A stretch of DNA of 63,200 nucleotides, the filler included, from Stramenopiles sp. TOSAG23-3 (taxonomy: Eukaryota), in the NCBI GenBank assembly GCA_900128585.1. It is 3 parts of 3 records of this genome, joined end to end, with 100 filler letters (N's around TTAATTAATTAA, not from the genome) between each part and the next. Parts side by side here need not be neighbours in the genome. Positions count along the whole stretch, not along the records: positions 30,640 to 60,967 come from LT642230.1; 2 more parts are not named here. One strand, 5' to 3'. Shown in pieces: positions 41,081 through 51,525 of the stretch. The position numbers and the translations under genes were made by a program. The notes under the pieces were generated by a model that made no database searches, was not told where the DNA came from, and saw only the letters and a program-made list of their open reading frames with translations. Within the stretch, counting starts at the first letter, position 1; the number at the start of each line of letters is the position of its first letter.

Positions 41081-43837
41081 CTAGTTCCCCTCGATGTAAA
41101 CACTTCCACTCCGCTTGACGTGAATCCGTTGCTTCGGAGAGTTTGTCGTCCCCGCAACTATCGGACTGCTAAAGTTCTTCCCGTTGGAACCCCTGGGCCT
41201 CGCCATGCTGCCACTTCCGCCGCCGCTGCTACTGCTGCTTCGGGGAGTGCCCATGCTCGACCCAGTCGGTGAATCTCTGTTCGTTCTCAAGACATTGACA
41301 ACTTCCGAAAACCCAGCGACTCGGCCGCTCGGGCTCCTTGCCCCTCGGGGGGTTCCGTTGAACCTGGGGGTGGCCGCGCCCTGGCTAGCTGCCGTATGCC
41401 GATTCGACAGGATGGACCGAATTTTCTTCACCGAGCTCTCCGTCTGGTTCTCGTACGTGCTAAGCTTCCGTCGAAGTTCCTTGTTTTCCAGTGCCAACTC
41501 TTCGTGCTCTATCTCAAGGTGGGCCAGTCGACTGTTCGTGTCCTCCATGGTCTTCCAAAAGGACGTGCGCTCTATTTCTAACGTGTTCTCCAATTCCACC
41601 ACGGCGTCAGATGACAGCTGCTTCCCACCGTCGCCGGAGCCGGTGTAATTGTGGGCCAGCGCTCGGGCCCACTCGTCTCGCTGCTTGGCATGCCCTGAAA
41701 TGAGCTGTTCGCGCTCTTTCGTAAACAGTTCGACTGCATTCCGCAGCTCTTTCAGCTCTTCGCCCTCTGTGCCCCCGAGGCCTTGCGCACTCTCCAACTC
41801 TCGTATCTTGGCGTTCTTTCCCTTGAGCATATACTTTAATTTTTGAATCTCTTTCCTCGCCTTTTTCAGCTCCTCCATCTCCTCCTCGCTCGTGAGCAAG
41901 TTTTCTACCTGCGCGCGCAAGGCCTGGACGTCTACTTGCAGCTTCTCTTTTCTTTTCATCTCGTCTATGTTTTTCTCCGCCGCCGCAAGCTTGCCCTTGT
42001 ACTCTTCGATGGTCAGCCTCGTCCCCGGCGTCGTCGATGCCGACGGCGGCGCGAACGGGGACGTGAGAGTGCTTGCGTGCGCGCGGTCTGAACCGACCCC
42101 TTGGCCCCCCCTTTGGGCCGTTGACACGTCGTCCGAGCCTGTGAATATCACTTCCAGTTTCGTTGAAAGCTCCTGGTTCAGCTCGATCTGCTCCATGAGC
42201 GTCCGCTCCAGTATGTCCGCGTCCGTGCCTTTCTGCTCGGCTTCCGAGAGCTTCTCATTGAACTCGGCCAGCATCAGCTGCTCCCTGGCTTTCGCTTTCC
42301 CTTTCTCCTCTCGCAGACCGTCCACGGTCTCGTCGAGGCGGGTCTGCAACCACTTAGCCATGGTCTCGTAATCGATATTCTCGTTGGCAGAGGGGCTTAG
42401 GGTTACCTTTTTCGCGCGGGTCCCGAACAGGAGAGAGTTCATCGTTTCCGGGCAGTGCTTGTCTTCGGGGGCTATGTTTACTATGAGGGAGACGCAGCTG
42501 TTCCCCGAGAGCGCGTCGCAGAGAAGGTGGGTCAGCTTGCTGTCGCGCCACGGGACGAACGATGTCTTTTTCCTCCCCGGTTTGGAGAGGGACGCGATGG
42601 TGTTCCCAAGGGCACAGAGCGATTTGTTTATCGACTTGGTCTCTCGCAGCTGAATCCCGGTCGGGTGGGTCTTGCTGGCACGCTCGGAGCCGGCCAAATC
42701 CACGCAGGTAAACTTGGAGTTCAAGGTCCTCCCCTCAAAGGAATTCCCGCCTCGCACATCTTCTTTCTCGATCAATACTTGGAAGATTGCGTGGCTACGG
42801 CTCGACGACTGGTTCATCGTTGTCGCGGCAACCACTTTCTTCCGCGAACCCTTTTGCAAGAGCGATAGAATCTGGTGGGCCGACGTGACCCGATGCACGG
42901 ACAGCCCGGCGACGTACGGCTTCCCGTTATGCTCGCGTATCTTCAAGGGGTGCATCTTTCGCCCCCCGCCGGTGTCGCCCCCCCTCGGGGTCCGGGCGGG
43001 CCCCGTCCCGATCAGGTCGTAAATGTTCTCCAAGTACAGCTGCATGTACGTGACGTACACCTTGTACTCAAACTTGCCTTTGTCCCGGTCGATGCGCTCG
43101 AAGACGTCGTGGGCTGCGCGAGGGATAACGCCGAGCGCCCTGGCATCTTCCGCCGTCACCCTCAGGGCGTCGGTGCTGGGGCCAAAGACGGTGTGGGTTT
43201 TCCCTGCACCGGTTTGGCCGTACGCCACGACGCAGGCGTTCACTCCCCCCATCACGTTGTCAATCAAAGGCCCTGCAACCGTTCTATATACCTCTGCTTG
43301 GTTCGCCGACCCAGAGAAGACATGGTCAAAATGAAATTTGCTTTCGGGCCCCCCGTTTCGTTTTTGCCGGTTCGTCAGGACCACTACGCTCGGGGGTGGC
43401 GGGGTCGGCGCAATCTCCTCGCCGTCTGGCCCGTACGCAGGCGGGGCAGATGCAGGGTCGTAGTGATCAGTTGGGTTTACCAGGCGAGAGCAGCTGCAGG
43501 CAGCGTTCCCGTAGATGTTCGGCCTCATTCGCGCCGACACCACCACCCGTACCAGGCGGCTGGCTGCCAACGAGTCGGGGAACTTGGTGTTCAGCCGCAG
43601 TTGTTTCTCCTTCAACTGCTGGGCCTCAGGCATGGTGTACATGCCAAAGTACGTCCCGTTCTCTACCTCCGCCGGCGATTTTGGTTTTTCAGCGCTAAAC
43701 TCACCTTCGCCAAGCGCATTTGCGCCTTGAAGCTCATTGCCAGGCCTTGCGTTCGACGGGAACGGGGTAAACACCGGGCTGCCGTTTGGAGTACCGGACG
43801 CTGACGCTTGTTGTAAGCTCGACGGCGAGGAGTACAT
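41081..43837 (-). CDS. Kinesin motor protein with C-terminal coiled coil
   Basis: FHFDHVF, AYGQTGAGKTHT, MNQSSSRSHAIF, VDLAGSER, INKSL, VPWRDSKLT. First ATG 43837. Confidence 0.96.
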   Translation of the reverse strand: MYSSPSSLQQASASGTPNGSPVFTPFPSNARPGNELQGANALGEGEFSAEKPKSPAEVENGTYFGMYTMPEAQQLKEKQLRLNTKFPDSLAASRLVRVVVSARMRPNIYGNAACSCSRLVNPTDHYDPASAPPAYGPDGEEIAPTPPPPSVVVLTNRQKRNGGPESKFHFDHVFSGSANQAEVYRTVAGPLIDNVMGGVNACVVAYGQTGAGKTHTVFGPSTDALRVTAEDARALGVIPRAAHDVFERIDRDKGKFEYKVYVTYMQLYLENIYDLIGTGPARTPRGGDTGGGRKMHPLKIREHNGKPYVAGLSVHRVTSAHQILSLLQKGSRKKVVAATTMNQSSSRSHAIFQVLIEKEDVRGGNSFEGRTLNSKFTCVDLAGSERASKTHPTGIQLRETKSINKSLCALGNTIASLSKPGRKKTSFVPWRDSKLTHLLCDALSGNSCVSLIVNIAPEDKHCPETMNSLLFGTRAKKVTLSPSANENIDYETMAKWLQTRLDETVDGLREEKGKAKAREQLMLAEFNEKLSEAEQKGTDADILERTLMEQIELNQELSTKLEVIFTGSDDVSTAQRGGQGVGSDRAHASTLTSPFAPPSASTTPGTRLTIEEYKGKLAAAEKNIDEMKRKEKLQVDVQALRAQVENLLTSEEEMEELKKARKEIQKLKYMLKGKNAKIRELESAQGLGGTEGEELKELRNAVELFTKEREQLISGHAKQRDEWARALAHNYTGSGDGGKQLSSDAVVELENTLEIERTSFWKTMEDTNSRLAHLEIEHEELALENKELRRKLSTYENQTESSVKKIRSILSNRHTAASQGAATPRFNGTPRGARSPSGRVAGFSEVVNVLRTNRDSPTGSSMGTPRSSSSSGGGSGSMARPRGSNGKNFSSPIVAGTTNSPKQRIHVKRSGSVYIEGN

Positions 43838-44880
43838 TGGTATACACGCACAATACAGCAAATAAAAAGAACAGAGCAAAATATAAACGAATCAAACGAA
43901 GAAATGCCAAATTGGGCTTACAAAAAGTCAACTCAAACTATCTCAAACGCATTCCAACACTTTCTTTTCAGTGTTTTGAAATATATACAATACGCCATCA
44001 CAAACATATAGTATACATATATCCAAGAAGTGATTCATGTCGCATTTTAAAATTATTTTTTTGGAAACCAACAACCCTTTTATTCGTTTTGTATTCTAAT
44101 GTGTTTTGATAGGGATATTTATTACATAGGCATATCATTGGGTTGGTTTCAGAGAGAGAGTTGAGATTTTTTTCTCCTTCTCTTCTTCTTCTTTCCTTCT
44201 TCCTTCTTGGAGCGAGAGGAGAGGAAAAAAAAAGAAGAAAAAAAGAAAGAAAGAAGGATCGAAGATCCAAAAAATAATAATAAAAATAGAGAATATCTGT
44301 ATTCTAAAATCATTGAATACCTATAATTAAGTACAGACCAAAGACGTTTAAAAATTGGCATTTAAACCCTATTATAAACCATATATCTAACCACAATCTT
44401 AACCCTAACACTGAATGTGGCGTGCGTTTCATGGCTTTGCTTGAATTCAGAATACAGGAATGTACAGGCAACAGCATCAGCCATCTGTAGTAGTATACTA
44501 GTACTACCCAACAATAAATTTTAAAAAAATGGCCAGCAGCTTTAGGAGGATATCTATGCTATATGCCTTCTATTTATTTATTTTTTCTTTCTTTCTTCTT
44601 TTCTTCTTCTTCTTCTTCTTCCAACAAAAAAAAACAAAAAAACAACCACCACCACCAGAAGAGCAATAACTTTAGCATTTCTTGTGACAAAAAGAAAGTG
44701 AAGAAAAGGTTGAGATAAGATAAGAAGTCATATACATACAAAACGTAGAATTCAAGATATAGAAACCGACAGTAGAACAAAGGTTTTGATATAGTTTACC
44801 CACGGTTCATTCATTCAATCATTTATTGACGGAGACGTATAGTACGTTTACTTCCGAAGCATTCATAGTCGTTTGTTGAT

Positions 44881-46158
44881 ATGGCGGCCCTGGCTCATTT
44901 CCGACTTCCGTTGCAGGACAAGTCCAACCAAGTTTCTGGTGACGGGAACGCACATTCTGGGAAAAAGATGTCAACGTTCGAGATGATATTCCGCAAAGCG
45001 GCAGAGAAGAAAGGGGCTGGGGACAAAGTGGAGAACGCTGCTTTGAACAAGCCAGTGAAAGAAATGGTGGCTGACATTGAGACGAAGGTAAAGACTCAGA
45101 CTGCCAAGCCCGCAAAGAAGCTCGTTGGTAAACCCAAGAAAATCCCTGTCGCAAACAAGCCCGCTGATTCAAAGCAGGCGCCTGCCAAGACGGAAATTCG
45201 AACACGTATGCCAGCTAAGACGAGGCCGCAACGTAAAGTACAAGGCGGAAAGGTGCTGGCCCCAAAAAGGCAAGCCTCGAAGATCGACCTTTCCGGCACG
45301 CGGTTTAGCAAAAAGGCGAAGCCTGCCCCGAAACGGGTTTGCAAGAAGCCCTCAGCGTCGGCATTGACCCGTGAACGGAGGATGCAGCTCGCGGACGCGA
45401 AGCGCCGCAAGCACAACTTTAATCAGCGCCAAATGGAGCGTTTTTCGCGCCAAACGCTCGTGAACATGGAGCAAGAAAAGAAGCGAAAAGAGCGGCAGGA
45501 ATTGAGGGAAGCGTACGAGGAAGAGATGGAGATTAAAAGGCAAAAGATGAGAGAAGAAAAGGAACGTAGACAGGACGATGCAAGGCGAAGAAAAGCCGCA
45601 CACAACGCGCAGCGTAAGCTGAAAGAGCAAAAATGCGAAGAAGAGAAGGCGTTCCGATACGATGTGTACAAGACCCGGACGGCGGAACGATCTGACGTCC
45701 TTCAGTACCACCGATGCGAGCAGCAGAAGAGGCGCCAGTCCATAATGGTCAGGGCCAAAGAGACACAGAGGCACCGTGAGATAAAACGGCAGGAAGAGGA
45801 ACAGCAGCTGGAAGAAGACGTTCAGACACTTAGGGAGCAGAACGAAGTAGACGTTGCAGCAAAGACAGCCGTAGCATATGAAGCGCAAAGCGTACGAAAG
45901 GACATTATCAAGGAACGTAAGCGAATATTGGAGCAGGAAAAGCATTTAAAGAGTATAACAAAGTTGAAGCACGCAGAGCTGGAGCGGGACATGATCAACT
46001 GGGAGCAAGACACACGCCTGCACGAAGAGGAGCTTGAAGCGAGCCGCCGTTTTTCTGTAATGCCCGTCGCTTCGACGGGGATCAAAAAGCTCAATTCGAT
46101 GTGGAAAGTGTTCCACGAAGCGTGCAAGGAAGAGGCAACAAACCCCATAACAATGTAA
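44881..46158 (+). CDS. Basic/coiled-coil hypothetical protein
   Basis: 425-aa ATG ORF; Lys/Pro-rich N-half, E/K/R-rich helical C-half. Confidence 0.75.
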   Translation: MAALAHFRLPLQDKSNQVSGDGNAHSGKKMSTFEMIFRKAAEKKGAGDKVENAALNKPVKEMVADIETKVKTQTAKPAKKLVGKPKKIPVANKPADSKQAPAKTEIRTRMPAKTRPQRKVQGGKVLAPKRQASKIDLSGTRFSKKAKPAPKRVCKKPSASALTRERRMQLADAKRRKHNFNQRQMERFSRQTLVNMEQEKKRKERQELREAYEEEMEIKRQKMREEKERRQDDARRRKAAHNAQRKLKEQKCEEEKAFRYDVYKTRTAERSDVLQYHRCEQQKRRQSIMVRAKETQRHREIKRQEEEQQLEEDVQTLREQNEVDVAAKTAVAYEAQSVRKDIIKERKRILEQEKHLKSITKLKHAELERDMINWEQDTRLHEEELEASRRFSVMPVASTGIKKLNSMWKVFHEACKEEATNPITM

Positions 46159-46305
46159 ATACACCTTGATTGATGAATTAGACCGTGTACGATACGTTAA
46201 AATTTACTTTCTTGGGAAACAAATAAACTAATTCGTTGGGCTGCCAACATGTACACATGAACCCAGTTAGCACCGTCGTTTGCACCTGGATGCTTTGTCA
46301 TCACG

Positions 46306-47940
46306 TCATGTCGAGTTCCGGCCTGGCGTGCTAAGCGTTAGGAGGGCATTTGCAGTCTTGACCTCTTGGTCAATGGGGATGGTGATGGGCGTCGGGACGG
46401 CAATCGACTTGTTGCGCAACGTTTTCCCCTTTCGCATGATGGTGGGCGGCGAGAAAGACTCCCTCTTGTTCGACGCAAAGTCTGGCGGAGTGGCCGTCCC
46501 TAGATGGCTTGGCGGGTCGTTTTCGCTCGTGGAGTCGTCTGAATCGGCAGAGTTCCACGGCGAATCGTCTTCATTGACCCCGTTTGAGCATACCGTCCCC
46601 TCTTGCTTGCGAAGTTCTAAGTTTTCGTCCAAGACTTCCGAGATGGCAACCCGAAGGCGAGCGATTTCTTCGTTCTTGTCTTTCAAGGCTTGCTTGAGGC
46701 CAGTCTCCGGCTCCCGCTGTGGTTCTGGTTGACCCATGGTCCCGAGAGCAGAATCAATACTTCTTCGCAGTTCCATACCGAGAAAATTGTACGTGGATTC
46801 CATAATTCGAGAGGGCGGGCACTCGGCACTGGCACCATTCCGGTACCGCTTGTTCATGTGATTGTGATGGCTCAACCGCAAGTAGTCACACGTGGTGTAA
46901 AAGGGCGACGACTGCTGTTTCTGCGCGGGCGGCATTTGTGCAACGACCCCGGCCTGAAAGGACTGCCTAGATACAGAGGCATTGGAGCTTATCTGCGCGG
47001 CGGTCGGCATCGACTTTGGTCGCTTTTGATTTCTGCTGCGAGGGCTTCGACTCCGAGGGCTCCGGCTTCGCGAACCACGACTGCGAGGGCTGATCCCGTT
47101 TTGTATACGAGACCGTATGGAGTAATACCTATTTTTTACGGCATTTTCTGACCTTCCCCCGAGCTTCTTGGCGATCTCGCTCCACTTGTTTCCCATGGCC
47201 TTCTGGGCTTGCATCAACATGCTGTCTTCGGCCATGCTCCAGTCCGTCTTCTTCAATTCTGGATCAAGGTGGTTCTTCCATCGCTCTCGGCACTGCTTCC
47301 CGCTCCGGCCAGGGATGTGACAGGCAATGATTGACCACGTGTCGGTGCCGTAGACTTTCACAAACTTTGTCAATAGGCCGTCCTCGTCCTTCCGCCACGG
47401 GCCTTTGACGTTTGGTTTAATGCTGTGCCAACGTTTCGATATCGCGCTTGGTGAAAAGGCCCGGAGCGTACCACTATGGGCCATGATATCCCACTGCCCT
47501 TCACCATGCTTCCGAACTGCATCGTGCAACGCATCGTCATGCTCCCGGGCCCACCGGCCCGACTTCGCAATGACGGTGGTCGTAGTTACGGTCGAAGCGT
47601 CGCCTTCCCCCCCCGAAGACTCGTCGTCGGCAGAAATGGTGGTGGAGCTGCTGTCGCTCGTCACGATGTCCTTCGGTGACGTCTGCGCCGCGAGCCGGCT
47701 CGCTGGGGCGGCACCTATTTTAATGTTGCTGCTGGAGTACGCCTGGGCCAAGAATTCTCTGTGCTCTGCGGCCGTGCTATCGTTCTTCGACGCCGGGGTC
47801 GGGCATTTCTTCTTCATGGGGCTGCCGATTGCAAGTGTTCCAAAGGACATGGCGTCGCAGGCATGTTTACGCTTACTATTTTTCACACCAGAGTCATCGC
47901 TGCCCCCATTTTTCCTTTGTATAGCTTTCCAACGATGCAT
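46306..47940 (-). CDS. Myb transcription factor with three repeats (R1R2R3-like)
   Basis: GRWAREHD..W; KGPWRKDED..WSIIACHIPGRSGKQCRERWKNHLDP; WSMAED..GNKWSEIAKKLGGRSENAVKNRY. First ATG 47940. Confidence 0.95.
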   Translation of the reverse strand: MHRWKAIQRKNGGSDDSGVKNSKRKHACDAMSFGTLAIGSPMKKKCPTPASKNDSTAAEHREFLAQAYSSSNIKIGAAPASRLAAQTSPKDIVTSDSSSTTISADDESSGGEGDASTVTTTTVIAKSGRWAREHDDALHDAVRKHGEGQWDIMAHSGTLRAFSPSAISKRWHSIKPNVKGPWRKDEDGLLTKFVKVYGTDTWSIIACHIPGRSGKQCRERWKNHLDPELKKTDWSMAEDSMLMQAQKAMGNKWSEIAKKLGGRSENAVKNRYYSIRSRIQNGISPRSRGSRSRSPRSRSPRSRNQKRPKSMPTAAQISSNASVSRQSFQAGVVAQMPPAQKQQSSPFYTTCDYLRLSHHNHMNKRYRNGASAECPPSRIMESTYNFLGMELRRSIDSALGTMGQPEPQREPETGLKQALKDKNEEIARLRVAISEVLDENLELRKQEGTVCSNGVNEDDSPWNSADSDDSTSENDPPSHLGTATPPDFASNKRESFSPPTIMRKGKTLRNKSIAVPTPITIPIDQEVKTANALLTLSTPGRNST

Positions 47941-48880
47941 ATTGATAACAATGAAATGACAATGGATGCTGTGGTTTCTGTATGATGTAAGTGTTTTTGT
48001 TTGAGACACTGCGTGTAGATAATTATAACGGTTAGTATATAGTCGACGCCAAGAAGAATGCAGGACACGACCGAAGGCAACGCAATAAACGGATGAAGAC
48101 AACGAACGATTAGAACTAGAAATCTCAATAGAATCAATCAAACAGATAACAAGTGAAACGATAAATAGATAAATTTCTGTATATAACCAAAACAAAATAC
48201 TTTCGTTTCAAATGTACTACTATCTATAATACCGATCGAAACCTTTTGCGCGCGGGACACGACACGACGACGGGGTATTAAATAATAGAAGTAAGAAGCA
48301 AGAAAAGAAGAAGAAAAAAAAGAAGAAGAAAAAAAGTGCGCCGCAACGAGGAAGATAAAATATTGACCAATTGATTTCATGCTGTGTCTATGTATACAAT
48401 GAAGAAAAAAAAGAATGAGGAGATTTTATTTTTTATCTTTTTAATTCTATGCTGTATCTATATAAAAATAGATTTTTCAAATAAATTCTGTAATTGATTT
48501 TTTGACATCGAAATGCCTATGCTGTGTTTATGTTAATTCCTCTGAAATGTTTTCAAGAAAACGGTAAATCCGCTTTGGATGGTTCACAATTTGTTATACA
48601 TTGAATAGCACTGAAAGTGTTTTGTTTTCATCCTAACAATGCTGTCGATGTATTTTATACTTGTATTGATAAAGTATGTATTATAATTGATTTTTAGACC
48701 TATATAAATAGTTTTGAAAAGTTTACTACACTTTTATTTTTTTCCTTTTTTTTTTATATTATTTTTCTTTTTTTTTTTTTTTCGAAGAGAAAGAAATCCT
48801 TTTTTGTTGTTTCTTTTTGTTTTGTGTGTTGGTTGGCTGTTATTGGCTCAGTCGTCATATTGTATTTTATCCAAAACCAA

Positions 48881-49483
48881 TTAGATTGTTGCACCTAATG
48901 GTAGTTTGATTCCACCTGTCATCACCCCAGCGATAGCTCGTCCATCCCCAGATGTACTTTCGGTAACGTTGATCCAAGTCCCAGACACTAGATCGGCCCC
49001 GTTAGGGTTTAGTAGTTTAAAAAGGCGAGTTGCAAAGTTCACGTCAAACGGTGTTGTCTTCGGGTCATTGCTGCAAACTGCCCGTGGATCGCAGAATACG
49101 TGCAGGGAATGGAGGTCCTGGTTTAGTAGAATACGGTCTAGCATTGCGTCATGGGCTTCCTCGAATGCCCCATCTACGTTTCCGTAGACCGCACGGTCAT
49201 ACACGGTCAATAACCGTTTGCAGTGTGGGAATTTGACCGGTTTGACAAGCGTACCCCACGTTTCACTTGGGTCCGTTCTTCCCGCTGTGTTGTGAATATA
49301 AACGATATCACGGACCTTTTCGGCGTCAATGCTGCTAATTTTTCCTATCGGCTCCGATAATGTTCGTACCGTATCATACGCTCCCAGAACTTTATAATTA
49401 GCGAGAATATTTTTTTCCAACAAACACTCGTTCAGTGCACAGGTTGCCTTGGTCGCCCTTGCAATTAGCAGCACGTTTCTCAT
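48881..49483 (-). CDS. Divergent histidine-phosphatase (SixA/PGAM)-fold-like protein
   Basis: MRNVLLIARA..DTVRTLS..G..S..HNTAGRT..ETW follows the His-phosphatase layout but lacks the RHG histidine. Confidence 0.45.
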   Translation of the reverse strand: MRNVLLIARATKATCALNECLLEKNILANYKVLGAYDTVRTLSEPIGKISSIDAEKVRDIVYIHNTAGRTDPSETWGTLVKPVKFPHCKRLLTVYDRAVYGNVDGAFEEAHDAMLDRILLNQDLHSLHVFCDPRAVCSNDPKTTPFDVNFATRLFKLLNPNGADLVSGTWINVTESTSGDGRAIAGVMTGGIKLPLGATI

Positions 49484-49914
49484 TTCACCACAGTACCCGA
49501 CCGAATACCCGCCCACTATATACTCACTCGTCCCAGGTGACAAAAAGTAAACGCACAAAATCTAATCGTGGACTGTAAACTCCATTTTTATAAAATTATC
49601 TATTTAAAAATCGTACGACACCATTCACGTACATGCATTGTCGCTAAATTTTAATAAATACAACTTTTGTATCTTTAAATGTTTCATCGATTCAAGAAAC
49701 ATTCTTCATTCAACTGAACGAAAAAAGAAGAAGAAGATGATGATAATAAATAATAATATTAATAAAAGAAGAAGAAAGAAGAAGAAGAAGAGAAAAAAAA
49801 ATCATCATTATTATTCTTCTTCTTCTCACATATTAATATTATTAAATATATAATATACACACAGCAAGGAGGAACAATGAGGAAAATGAAAAAATATAAT
49901 AATTTTAATTAATT

Positions 49915-50332
49915 TCTTATTATATTCCTTCTTCTCTTTTATTTTTTTATTTTTTCTTTCTTCTTCTACTATTATATCTTCTTTTATTTTCTTTCTTCTT
50001 CTTACTCTTCTTCTTTTTTATTTTCTAAATATTTTATATCTTCTTCTCTTTTCTCTTCTTCTTCTTTTTTTATTTTCTTTCTTCTTCTTTTTTTTATTTT
50101 CTTTCTTCTTTCTTCTTCTTCTTTCTTCTTCTATCTTCTTTTTTTTGTATTTTTTCTTTCTTCTTCTTCTCTTTTTTCTTCTTCTTCTTCTTCTCTTCTA
50201 TCATCTTCTTATTTTTAAATTTTCTTTCTTCTTCTTCCTTCTCTTCTTCTTTTTTTATTTTCTCTATCTTCTTCTTTTGTTTTCTTTCTTTCTTTCTTCT
50301 TCTTCTTCTTCTTTTGTTTTCTTTCCTCTTCT
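49915..50332. repeat. ~420-bp polypyrimidine (TTC-rich) tract
   Basis: Degenerate TTC/TTTTC repeats upstream of the ProC-like start. Confidence 0.95.
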
Positions 50333-50498
50333 AAGACATCATTTTATACAGAAGAAGAGTTCAAATCAAACCGAATCAAGTTCAAAACGAACGAGAGTCA
50401 TTGTCCGACCCGGTGTAAAAAAACTATTTGCAACCTCAACGACAACAAACGAGGAACATTTGCGCTACTTTCTTCTTTTCACGCTTATTGTTTATAAC

Positions 50499-51326
50499 AT
50501 GTCAGAACCGTGGCCGATTATTGGCGTCGTAGGGTGTGGGACGATTGCAGCGGCAGTTGTGGAAGGGCTGTGCAAGTTGGAGTCTCCCCCCGCACGCATC
50601 ATATTGTGCCCACGGAGTGCTGCAAAAACCAGTATGCTAGCATCCACATATGGTAACATTTGCTCCGTTGCAGAATCTAATCAAGCTGTAGTTGACGCGA
50701 GCGAGGTGGTGCTGGTTGGACTGCGAACACAAGTCGTGGAACAGGTGCTTGCAGGCCTGCAGTTCACGAACCAAGCGCAACAAATTGTCACGATGACGTC
50801 ATGCATCGACGTGGACAAAATGGCGGAAATGGTCAAACTTCCCGTTGCGAACGTAGCAAAGGCCGTGCCACTCCCGGCAGTCGCCACGCACCGGGGCATA
50901 ACGGTAACGACGGGGCAGCCTGCCATTAACGAAAGGATATTCTCACAACTTGGAGGGTGCCAGCCTGTGAAGAACGAGTATGAAATGCAATCCATACAGG
51001 TAATGACTTGCATGATGGGCCCGGTGTACAAATTTTTGGAAACTGCCTCTGGGTTTATGATCAGCCGGGGAGTCCCGAGCCAAGTCGCATCCCAATACAC
51101 GGCCAGGTGCATGCAAACGATCATGGCCGACGCACTCGACAGGTGCCCCAAGGGCCGCGAGGGGTTCACCGAATTGGTGAAAGAGCAGACCCCAGGAGGT
51201 TTAAATGAAACAAACATATCCGATTTGGCCGATGCTGGAGTGTTTGAAGCGTACGAACGGTCGCTGCAAAAGACCGTCGACATCCTGTCGGGCAGTGTGT
51301 CACTAAAGAAAGACGACGAAGAGTAA
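50499..51326 (+). CDS. proC: Pyrroline-5-carboxylate reductase-like NAD(P)-dependent oxidoreductase
   Basis: Rossmann IGVVGCGTIA, SNQAVVDASEVV, C-terminal EQTPGGLNE; ATG at 50499 (upstream in-frame extension is microsatellite). Confidence 0.8.
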   Translation: MSEPWPIIGVVGCGTIAAAVVEGLCKLESPPARIILCPRSAAKTSMLASTYGNICSVAESNQAVVDASEVVLVGLRTQVVEQVLAGLQFTNQAQQIVTMTSCIDVDKMAEMVKLPVANVAKAVPLPAVATHRGITVTTGQPAINERIFSQLGGCQPVKNEYEMQSIQVMTCMMGPVYKFLETASGFMISRGVPSQVASQYTARCMQTIMADALDRCPKGREGFTELVKEQTPGGLNETNISDLADAGVFEAYERSLQKTVDILSGSVSLKKDDEE

Positions 51327-51525
51327 GCTAAAATAAAATAATGTTTGCATTTTTGTTTTCAGTGTACTTCGTATGTTTTAGGCGTTATTAAAAAAGTATT
51401 AAGACTCCTGAAAAACAAAAGTAAACACCGCCAGAGTTGACTGCACGGGGGGTTATAAAGAATGCAAAGCGTGCGTGCTATTTACAGTGAGAAAAAAAGT
51501 GCAGCACCTGATGATTTTAAACCAA

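Noticed and set aside
42875-43804. 309-aa antisense ORF over the kinesin, and similar shadows (2838-3602, 34168-34812, 51475-52122)
   Set aside because: Antisense to well-supported genes with no recognisable motifs; expected from codon bias
44362-44500. TAACCCTAAC and related words as a telomerase RNA template or interstitial telomere
   Set aside because: Only ~1.5 repeat units; no pseudoknot or Pol III promoter/terminator I can identify; an Infernal search would be needed
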